From: a virus
Lineage: Duplodnaviria > Caudoviricetes
Virus record (IMG/VR): IMGVR_UViG_3300010361_000018
Coordinates: 1 to 43,848 of that record
DNA length: 43,848 bases
Direction: 5' to 3' (one strand)
Every line of letters starts with the position of its first letter. Position 1 is the first letter of the stretch. This document shows positions 8,327 to 16,136 of the stretch, one piece after another. Under the pieces are notes generated by a model. The model was not told the origin of the DNA. It did no database searches and saw only the letters and a list, made by a program, of their open reading frames with translations. Both the position numbers and the translations under genes were made by a program.

Positions 8327-10164
8327 GCAACCTGCTGCTGATAACCAAGACGCTGATAGCGCAAGGACGTGTTCCCGATCCGAAACACCGGATCACAATT
8401 TCCCGTGATCTGCATATACCCTTGCTTAAAGACCAGTGGGACATGCCAATCGACGCGGCGCTGACGATAGACGCTGCCCGTATTATCCCACGTTGACTGA
8501 TCCCACGTCGCGACATCCCACAGAGATGCCGTTCCGCCACTAATAAACACCTGGTCCAACAACACGTTGTTGTCGTCGTAAAATGCGACGGTGACTCCAG
8601 CCGCACCCGGAGCAAGGGTAATTGTCGTCTCGATCACCGCCGTCATCATCATGTCCTGATCGTCAGGCAAGAGAACGGTCTGATACGATAACGACATCTG
8701 AGTGCCATTCTCGACAAACGTATTGACCGAGGACGGCACAGCGTCCGACTGCCACAGCTTCGCATTGATCCCCGTCGCCACCCCGACGAAGGTATCCATC
8801 CAAGGCTGCAACTGGCTCATCGGAAAAGTGTGCGGACCAGACCAGACCTTCCGGGTCAGGTCGAACCACCATTCCTGCGTCGGATTACCCCCAACATCGC
8901 CTCGCTGAACCGAGAAGCGCATCGTATCCGCGTTCGATGCCCCACACGTCCGCGACGGATGAAGGGCATTCAGGAATGGCACCGAGACCCCTGTCCCGGC
9001 ATCGCCGATCGGATCAGTGACCTGACCCGATGGATTGATCAGCCTTAGTCCCTCTGGCGAGATAAACGCGAGACCCTGGTTCGTGGTGGTGATCGACAGC
9101 GGCGAGAGCGTCCCCGTGTTGACTGGCAGAACACTCGTGGTGAGATTTGACAGCGCCGGATCACCCTGAATTTGAATAATATTGCTGATGCCTTGGAACG
9201 CATACAACGCCGCCACCGAACCGCCCGTCAGCGGAATACCCAGGTAGGTTGGCCCCAAAGCAGTCACCGCCAATCCATTACTCGGCGTGATCGCCTGTGA
9301 CGCATTCGTTCGGTTCGTCGGCAAGCCAGAGTCCGAAAACACAATGCCGTTGATGCCGCAGGCGTAGTAGGCCCGCTCATTGAAGTTCGCGACGGCTACA
9401 GGGACCGAGGGGAGATTGTTGAGATTCAGATCCCCGGCACCCCATAGCGGCGCCGTAGCCGTCCCGCCCGTCACCGTGAATGTCGTTCCCGTGCTACCGC
9501 CACCAGTCGCGGCCACCGAGAGCACCAGAGACAACCCATTCGAAGCGATCGAGACGATCGTCGTCCCAGCCGTTATATCCCCCGCAGAGTCAATGATCGT
9601 CATCCCAGGCTGCCAGCCGGCCTGAAGGACATTGGCCGAGAGATTGTCTACCGTCGTCGTGCCGTGCGTGTTGCCGGTGTGCGTGTTGTCCGAGAACCCG
9701 GAGATGTCCAACCATCCAATCTTGGTGGCTCCCCCCGGAAATCCGGGATGCGTTACCATGATCCGCGAATTGAAAGCCGCTAAGATCGGAGGCGTCCAAT
9801 CACCTGTCGTCGCCGGGCTCGTCGGCACATTCGACGACAGCACCCCGCTGATCGTCTCAAAGGTGTTGGTCAGAATATTGTAAGCATAAGGCTCGTCCTT
9901 GCCGGAATTGCGCGCGGACGCGATCATCCCATACGCGATATTCCCCACGATCAGCTCGGCCGAGACAAAGCCCGGAGTCGAGAAGCCGGTGAAATTGGTA
10001 AGTTGAACCGCGTTCGGGCGACTGACCCAGCTATCGTTCGTACTCGGATCCGGGATCAGATTGACCAACTGCGCCATCGCCCCCGGAAACGAGTTATTGG
10101 CGTCGAGCGAGTCCGAACACCCCTTCGGCTGCCACCGCAGTCGCTGCGACCTCGGGATCGGCAT
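8323..10164 (-). CDS. Tail nozzle / DNA stabilisation protein (P22 gp10- or T7 gp12-like)
   Basis: 613 aa, beta-propeller-like, directly after the adaptor in podovirus gene order. Confidence 0.7.
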   Translation of the reverse strand: MPIPRSQRLRWQPKGCSDSLDANNSFPGAMAQLVNLIPDPSTNDSWVSRPNAVQLTNFTGFSTPGFVSAELIVGNIAYGMIASARNSGKDEPYAYNILTNTFETISGVLSSNVPTSPATTGDWTPPILAAFNSRIMVTHPGFPGGATKIGWLDISGFSDNTHTGNTHGTTTVDNLSANVLQAGWQPGMTIIDSAGDITAGTTIVSIASNGLSLVLSVAATGGGSTGTTFTVTGGTATAPLWGAGDLNLNNLPSVPVAVANFNERAYYACGINGIVFSDSGLPTNRTNASQAITPSNGLAVTALGPTYLGIPLTGGSVAALYAFQGISNIIQIQGDPALSNLTTSVLPVNTGTLSPLSITTTNQGLAFISPEGLRLINPSGQVTDPIGDAGTGVSVPFLNALHPSRTCGASNADTMRFSVQRGDVGGNPTQEWWFDLTRKVWSGPHTFPMSQLQPWMDTFVGVATGINAKLWQSDAVPSSVNTFVENGTQMSLSYQTVLLPDDQDMMMTAVIETTITLAPGAAGVTVAFYDDNNVLLDQVFISGGTASLWDVATWDQSTWDNTGSVYRQRRVDWHVPLVFKQGYMQITGNCDPVFRIGNTSLRYQRLGYQQQVA

Positions 10165-10364
10165 CAGTCAGCTTTGCGCTCGCCGCGCTCGTAAGCAACG
10201 CGCCCATCCTTGGCCTTGTGGACGAAAATCAAAACCCGACAATCATCCTCTTCATACATGCCACAAGAGCACTCAGGCGCACTATGCTCCATAAGATCAT
10301 CGTCCGGTACGACGTGAACACCACCCCCCGGCAAATGACGAAGATCGTGAACGCTCCACGTCAT
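10164..10364 (-). CDS. Hypothetical His/Cys protein (66 aa)
   Basis: VHVVPDDDLMEH...CSC...FVHKAKDGR motif common in phages; translationally coupled to neighbours. Confidence 0.65.
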   Translation of the reverse strand: MTWSVHDLRHLPGGGVHVVPDDDLMEHSAPECSCGMYEEDDCRVLIFVHKAKDGRVAYERGERKAD

Positions 10365-11392
10365 CACCAACCCACGATCTTCGTGTTGTTCAGATTGTCG
10401 AATTTCGACCCGAACCACCGCAGGTCCATCTGAACGGTCTGACCCCGGTTGCCACGATCGTCAGCCAAGGCGATGTGATCGGCCATCTCCTGCTTGTAGA
10501 AAGCATTCCACTGCGCCCTGCGGCTATCGTCGGAATACCCCATCAGCCGCTCTGCCAAGAGATCAATCAGAACCTGATCGTCCTGAAACCACGGCAGCAC
10601 CCCATTATTGACCTGCGTCACAGTCAACCGAGGCATCAACCGCTGATACCGGATCATTGCGTTGTATGCCCCGGAGGGCGGCGGGTACGGCAAGCCAATC
10701 CCCGGATAACCGATCCGCAACGAGGCTCCGGCGAACGTCGGCGGCGTTGTCTGTCCGGGACTCGCGAGGCTCGGCACCTGATTCAAGACCAGCGATGACG
10801 CACCACTGTTGACCGATTGAATTAGCGTTCCAGGCGTAATCAACGACAACGGCCCGATCCCGCCCGAGATCGACATGCCGGCAACGATGTTGGTCGTGGA
10901 CGAGAGATTGGCGATGCCCTGATTGCCGATGGTCACATCGCCCGTGACCTCCGCCATCACCGAGTAAGGCGAGAAGTCCTTCGCCCAATAGTAGGGATAA
11001 CTCTGCGTCCCTGCCTGCTGAACCTGATCGTCGAACTGAGAAATGTCGATCTCGATCATGTCACGAGGGACGCCCAGCAAATACCACTTCGACGAGCGCT
11101 GCGCTCCCGTCGCCCCCTGGGCAACACTCACCCGCAGATAATCCATCGGCAGCGGATTTGGCCCTGCTTGGCTGATATTGCCACCAGCGGTCACGGTCAG
11201 AGCGGTATTAAAGGTAAAGTTCCATGTCCCCATCGCCGCGGCAAAATCGAGCGTGCGGCAAATGTGATCGAGAACGGCATTCAGTTCCGTCAGCGCGATC
11301 GGTTCAGTCTGACCCGGCGCCGTACCCGCAGATCCCGAGAACTTCGCTTGATAAGCAGCAAGCCGGATGATGTCTGCGGCGCTGTATGGCAC
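10364..11392 (-). CDS. Head-tail adaptor protein
   Basis: Helical N-terminus (ALTELNAVLD), PLPMDYLR and YPPPSGAY motifs; position before the nozzle. Confidence 0.65.
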   Translation of the reverse strand: MPYSAADIIRLAAYQAKFSGSAGTAPGQTEPIALTELNAVLDHICRTLDFAAAMGTWNFTFNTALTVTAGGNISQAGPNPLPMDYLRVSVAQGATGAQRSSKWYLLGVPRDMIEIDISQFDDQVQQAGTQSYPYYWAKDFSPYSVMAEVTGDVTIGNQGIANLSSTTNIVAGMSISGGIGPLSLITPGTLIQSVNSGASSLVLNQVPSLASPGQTTPPTFAGASLRIGYPGIGLPYPPPSGAYNAMIRYQRLMPRLTVTQVNNGVLPWFQDDQVLIDLLAERLMGYSDDSRRAQWNAFYKQEMADHIALADDRGNRGQTVQMDLRWFGSKFDNLNNTKIVGW

Positions 11393-11395
11393 TGC

Positions 11396-11923
11396 TCAAT
11401 CAGCCGCCTCAGCGACCACCTTCAACTTCATAGACTCGGCACGATCAAGACCATCCAGAATCGCACGACAACGCGCTATCTTCGCCGGCATTGTCGGCAG
11501 CGTAGCCTCGGCAATCTGCTTCTCATTATCTATCGCCCGCAGCAGCTTACGTGTCTCCACATCGTATGTAGCAATTTCCTGCTGCTGCGGAGCACTAGGA
11601 ACCCATTCGCCACGACGCGGATTCCTGATATGACGGATTTTATCCATCTGCTCAAAATCCGCGATTAGCGTAGCACGCCCCTCAAGACGCCTCTGCGTCG
11701 TGCCCTCAATCAACTCCTGATGACGTTCAACCTTTTCTAACGCCATCATCTCATCATGAATCGCCTCAATCAGTTCCTGCTTGGCACGGACCTGTTCCAT
11801 GACATGCATCGCCATCAAGCCAAGCTGCTTAGGATCTTCATCCCCCTTGAGGTAGAACTTGAAGGCTACCTGCATCCCCGGCAGCCAGCCGGGATCGGAG
11901 CAAATCGAGAACTCATGCGGCAT
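11396..11923 (-). CDS. Hypothetical coiled-coil protein
   Basis: Long ORF within the operon; overlaps the upstream stop. Confidence 0.7.
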   Translation of the reverse strand: MPHEFSICSDPGWLPGMQVAFKFYLKGDEDPKQLGLMAMHVMEQVRAKQELIEAIHDEMMALEKVERHQELIEGTTQRRLEGRATLIADFEQMDKIRHIRNPRRGEWVPSAPQQQEIATYDVETRKLLRAIDNEKQIAEATLPTMPAKIARCRAILDGLDRAESMKLKVVAEAAD

Positions 11924-12620
11924 GGGCCGGCTCCTCAAGCAGGATACGCGGCATCGTCCGAGCCAGCACCTCCTTCGCCGACCGACCAGGCTTGTCCTGA
12001 TTGTTCAATTCAAACATCAGTTCCGACAGATGCGCCAAGTACATCGTACGCGCCAAACTATCGTAGACATGCCGCGGCCGGGTGTACTCAACACCATTGC
12101 GATACATGAAACCGTTGACCACGATGCCTTCCTTCCCCTCAGGCATCGAACCCAACGGAACATCGACGATGAACCGGATCGGCTCGTTCATCCGCTTCAA
12201 CTCAGCTTCCGTCCTGAGCACCTCCGCCGGGATCAGGCCAGCCGCGACCCTGGCGTGCTGCGCCGCCGTCTCGCGCGCCTCGTCCAGCGCCTGCTTCAAG
12301 AGCGTATCTTCCGCCCGCTGCTTCGCCTTTAGCTCAATCTCCTCAAGCTGCTCATCGGTGATCCGCGCTGCTAAGGCCGGATCAAGATTGGGCAAAAGCC
12401 GGCGACGACGCTCCGCCGCAGCCGTCTCCCCAGGATCGGCTACGGAATCGCCCCCCAGCTCTTCCAACGGCGGAGCGTCGTTATCCGCCGGACCGGGCGG
12501 ATCCTGTAAATGATCGTCAGATCCTCGCGCTTCCGCCGCGCGACGTTCGGCAGCAAGCCGTCGTCCTTCTACGACACGCTCACCATGGGTCATATCATCC
12601 CAAGGCTTCTCATCACTCAT
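11913..12620 (-). CDS. Hypothetical morphogenesis-region protein
   Basis: Long ORF; acidic N-terminus; GIVVNGFMYRNGVEY motif. Confidence 0.7.
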   Translation of the reverse strand: MSDEKPWDDMTHGERVVEGRRLAAERRAAEARGSDDHLQDPPGPADNDAPPLEELGGDSVADPGETAAAERRRRLLPNLDPALAARITDEQLEEIELKAKQRAEDTLLKQALDEARETAAQHARVAAGLIPAEVLRTEAELKRMNEPIRFIVDVPLGSMPEGKEGIVVNGFMYRNGVEYTRPRHVYDSLARTMYLAHLSELMFELNNQDKPGRSAKEVLARTMPRILLEEPAHAA

Positions 12621-12634
12621 CAGGGGGCTCCAAT

Positions 12635-13213
12635 TTACGTGTAGGTCCAATCACTGCCTGAATAGGCAATCGCAGCCGCCGATACCAAGATCGGCCAGCC
12701 GGTCGAGTCGATCGCGATCACATCACCCGGCTTCACAGTCACCCAGCCGCGCCCGCCCGGAAGCTCAAGCCGTCCCTCAAATGACAGGCGCCCACCCATC
12801 CCCTTGGCACCGGGATTGATAAAAGCGATCTTCCGCAGCGTCGTAGACGAGACCGCATTCACGGATATGTGAACCGAGGTGCCGGAAACGATGTCGGTAA
12901 CGAAGGTGCCCGGCACGATGTCGGCCTCCGTCCCAACCACCAGCGCACCAACCTGTATAGTCCCCAATCCCATCCCGGCGGTATGCACCAGCGCCGTCAG
13001 CGTCTTCGTTCCCGCCGTCGTCGCCGTCGCCAGAATGCCGGTCGGATTGGTCGCGGCAAAGTTCACGTCACCGACGATCCCATTCGAGATAGAGGCCAAA
13101 TCAGCGGCATTCAGATTGCCAGTTCCCGCAGTCGCACCAACGGGAGTAGCCGCACCGAAGGTTATCGCCGAGAGCTGGGTCGTCCCTTTGGTACCTAAAG
13201 TGTGCAAAGAAAT
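12635..13213 (-). CDS. Virion structural / capsid decoration protein
   Basis: T/G/A-rich ORF. AAGGAG lies 7 nt before an in-frame ATT at 13213; the alternative start is TTG at 13207. Confidence 0.65.
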   Translation of the reverse strand: MSLHTLGTKGTTQLSAITFGAATPVGATAGTGNLNAADLASISNGIVGDVNFAATNPTGILATATTAGTKTLTALVHTAGMGLGTIQVGALVVGTEADIVPGTFVTDIVSGTSVHISVNAVSSTTLRKIAFINPGAKGMGGRLSFEGRLELPGGRGWVTVKPGDVIAIDSTGWPILVSAAAIAYSGSDWTYT

Positions 13214-13317
13214 GGCTGGTCTCCTTACTGATATACGCCAAGCGCACCTATCGATGGGGTCGTCAAAGCGGATACGCGAACCACTGACCCTTTACCTCTC
13301 GACGTGTGCAGCGCCAT

Positions 13318-13512
13318 CTATCTTCGCCTCAACATGAGCCGGATGCTGTGAGGCCCCAAAGCCGGAACCACCACCACATTCCCGGTCTTGTCCGTGTAAG
13401 CGACCTCCCCAGTATCATCGTCCGCCAAGGTCATAAGGCCCTTATTAATCGTGTCGAACGATGAAAGGCTGATCGCGTCGTAACGTGCTGCCTCGTCCTC
13501 AAATATGCGCAT
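13318..13512 (-). CDS. Hypothetical protein (64 aa)
   Basis: ORF in the operon with AAGGGTGA upstream. Confidence 0.5.
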   Translation of the reverse strand: MRIFEDEAARYDAISLSSFDTINKGLMTLADDDTGEVAYTDKTGNVVVVPALGPHSIRLMLRRR

Positions 13513-13518
13513 TCACCC

Positions 13519-13845
13519 TTACGCGCCTCCCGTCGCCCAACCAGAAACCAGGTTAAACAGCTGACCACTGGTGAACCCAGGCACGTCGTTGTTCGTGGTG
13601 AACTGCGTGTAAAGGTCGGTCGCAGCACTGTTCAACGCCGTTTGAAAGTTGGTGTTCACGGGCGTATCCCCACCGGGAACCACTTCAAACACGTAGTCGC
13701 TCGCCGACTGCGCAAAGGCGATGGGACCAGGGTTCGCACCCGCCGCACCAACGCCCGGCCAGCCAGACTGCCGCTGCCCCAAGGCGGCGCCACCAGCACC
13801 GTCCGGCAGAAGGAAGTATTCGACCGTTACCTTAAGACCGTACAT
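13519..13845 (-). CDS. Virion structural protein downstream of the major capsid gene
   Basis: Strong RBS AAGGAG; position after the MCP. Confidence 0.7.
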   Translation of the reverse strand: MYGLKVTVEYFLLPDGAGGAALGQRQSGWPGVGAAGANPGPIAFAQSASDYVFEVVPGGDTPVNTNFQTALNSAATDLYTQFTTNNDVPGFTSGQLFNLVSGWATGGA

Positions 13846-13856
13846 CGCGCTACTCC

Positions 13857-15224
13857 TTACCCGAAGGTCCCGGTATTGCTGACGCTCGATTCAATGCGGC
13901 AGCCGAATTGCTGGTTGAGGATCAGATACCCCTCAAAAAATTTGTACCCAACCACCCGCAACTGATTGAGCGGATCGGACTTGTCAGCATCACCGAGGAA
14001 CGTATAGCTGATATCCTCCAGCATCGTCTGGGCGAAGTACTCACGACCAAACACGAAGGTCGGATAAACCGTGACGCCGGTCGTCGGAGCCGCCGGCGGG
14101 ATCTGGAATAGCCCAATCGCGGTAACCGTGACGCTGGCACCCGGGGCAATCTGAACCGCCTGACCGGAATAGAGACCGCTGGTCGGAACGCCCGTCGCCG
14201 TCGCCAAAGCCAGATTGGTGATCGTGGTCGAACCGGCTGCCGAAATGTAGACGTTGTACGTGTATCCCGCTGTCGATGGCGCCGTCAGCGTGATCGAGCC
14301 AGCGCCCGAGCCACCGACTGTAACGCCAGTCTGCACCTGATAAACGAGGCTCTCCCCGAACTGATTGAGAGTGTCTGTCGCGGTAACCTGTAGCGCGTAA
14401 GTCGCGTTCGCCAAAGCTCCGCCCGTAGTCTGTCCAGTGCCGGTTACAGATGCCACACCGGTCCAGTGCGGCACCATGTTCGATTCGGTGAAATGAATGC
14501 CACCGAAGTAGCCAACCTCATTGTTGTAGAGGCGCGTTACGTCACTGTAACTCCAAGCCAGGACCAGCGTCGAGTTCTGCCGCAGATCGTTGGTAACCAG
14601 CGGGCTACAGATCGCCGCGTAGTGCGGCGCCCGCATCGGGCCCATCTCACTGGTCCGAGGCCCGGTCTCCGGTCCCGAACGCGGGTTGGTATCAGAGGCC
14701 GAGCCATTCCACGGAAACGCACCCTCATTCCGGAGGTTAGAATAGGTGCGGTTGATGGTGGTGGTATCGAGGACATTGCCGGCAGTCAGCGCCGAGCGGG
14801 AACCGGCCTGGGCAACATAGTTAACCTGCGTCGCCCCCATCAGGATCGCAAAGCCATTGCGTTCCCGCAGTTCCTTGATGCTGATCCCCAGCATGCGCTT
14901 GGCCTGCTGAAGAAGATCGTACATCGTCGTCGTAACGGCGACATCCGAGAGCGTGATCTTATCGCCCCACTGAAGTGCCACACCCGTAACCTGGGAAATC
15001 TGCAAGATATTCCCGGTGGGCTGCACCCCTTCCGAGAGCGGGGCTTGAGGAAGCGCAACGCGATTGAAGCGCGTGGCAGTCCAGGTGACCCCCGCGCCCT
15101 TCTCCATCTTCTTCTTATCAGCGAACTGGTCGAGCGTGATGTCCCGGTAGACAACCGGAAGCACTTCCTTAGCAAGCTGGCGCCTAAACGCCGCTTGATA
15201 ATTCGTGGAATTGAGTGTCGCCAT
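13857..15224 (-). CDS. Major capsid protein, N4-gp56 family
   Basis: PLSEGVQP, QWGDKITLSD, NEVGYFGGIHFTES and DKSDPLNQLRVVGYK motifs. Confidence 0.92.
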   Translation of the reverse strand: MATLNSTNYQAAFRRQLAKEVLPVVYRDITLDQFADKKKMEKGAGVTWTATRFNRVALPQAPLSEGVQPTGNILQISQVTGVALQWGDKITLSDVAVTTTMYDLLQQAKRMLGISIKELRERNGFAILMGATQVNYVAQAGSRSALTAGNVLDTTTINRTYSNLRNEGAFPWNGSASDTNPRSGPETGPRTSEMGPMRAPHYAAICSPLVTNDLRQNSTLVLAWSYSDVTRLYNNEVGYFGGIHFTESNMVPHWTGVASVTGTGQTTGGALANATYALQVTATDTLNQFGESLVYQVQTGVTVGGSGAGSITLTAPSTAGYTYNVYISAAGSTTITNLALATATGVPTSGLYSGQAVQIAPGASVTVTAIGLFQIPPAAPTTGVTVYPTFVFGREYFAQTMLEDISYTFLGDADKSDPLNQLRVVGYKFFEGYLILNQQFGCRIESSVSNTGTFG

Positions 15225-15240
15225 AGTTCCCCCTCACTTA

Positions 15241-15264
15241 CGGGGGTCTATGGCTAGACCCCCG
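15241..15264 (-). promoter_or_regulatory. 10-bp hairpin between scaffold stop and MCP RBS
   Basis: CGGGGGTCTA-tggc-TAGACCCCCG perfect inverted repeat. Confidence 0.6.
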
Positions 15265-16041
15265 CTACATGCCCACCACATCACCGACCGTGATGCCCCG
15301 AAGGAGCGCCGCGTCGGCGTCGTCTTGACTCTGGCGGCGCCCCCCGGCGCTACCCTCACCGCGGCCAGAAGCCGCTCGTACCGTCTCTCGAGCCACATTG
15401 CGCGCGCCCGTCCGACGCTGCTGCTGCGTGTCCCGCTCCCGCCTCAGCCGCTGCTCGCGACCGGCGAGGAAATCCAACACATCCATCCGAGACATTTGGT
15501 AAAGACCCTGCTGCCGCATCTGCGCCAGCCCAGCCTCAACCTCCTGCTCCTTGTCGCGGGCAAACTTGCTCCGCGCCATCTCGGCCGCGTAATTCGCCTT
15601 GTCGGAACGGTCGAAGCCCCTGATCTCGGAAGCCGCCAGCGCCATTGCGTTCTGCCGCTGCAACCGATCCGAAATCGCCTTGGCCTGCTCCCGCGGCGAC
15701 ATCATCTCGAGCGAATCGTAGAACCGGTTCTCTTCCTCTTGCGCCGCCTGCTGCTGGACTCTCGGATCAGGCAAATTCTGCCGACCCTCTAGGGCAGCCA
15801 ACCGACGCTGAAGATCGACGGTCCGCGCCTCTGCCTGCTGCGCCCGGCTCCGTAGCGCGGTAACCGTCTCGCTACCGCGACGCCTAGGTGCTACTTGCGG
15901 TTCCGGCTCAGAATCTTCCGATTCCTCACGCAGATCAGGTTCGTCCAGATCATCATCTGGCTCGTCTATCTGATCTTCTGCATCAGGGAGTTCGGGGTCA
16001 TCAGCCGGCGGATCGCTCGGCAGATTGCGCTCGTCGCTCAT
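15265..16041 (-). CDS. Capsid scaffolding protein
   Basis: Acidic N-terminus and coiled coil; between portal and MCP. Confidence 0.8.
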   Translation of the reverse strand: MSDERNLPSDPPADDPELPDAEDQIDEPDDDLDEPDLREESEDSEPEPQVAPRRRGSETVTALRSRAQQAEARTVDLQRRLAALEGRQNLPDPRVQQQAAQEEENRFYDSLEMMSPREQAKAISDRLQRQNAMALAASEIRGFDRSDKANYAAEMARSKFARDKEQEVEAGLAQMRQQGLYQMSRMDVLDFLAGREQRLRRERDTQQQRRTGARNVARETVRAASGRGEGSAGGRRQSQDDADAALLRGITVGDVVGM

Positions 16042-16050
16042 ACTTCCCCC

Positions 16051-16110
16051 ACCGGCGCCTTACGGGTCGCCACTCGGTTTAGTGCCTTACGGGTCACCAC
16101 TCGCACTAAA
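16051..16110 (-). repeat. Tandem 20-bp near-identical repeats, each within a hairpin, in the scaffold leader
   Basis: GCCTTACGGGTCGCCACTCG (16057-76) and GCCTTACGGGTCACCACTCG (16084-103); the second is closed by TTTAGTGC/GCACTAAA. Confidence 0.75.
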
Positions 16111-16136
16111 TACGCTCTAACAAATGTAACCGATTG

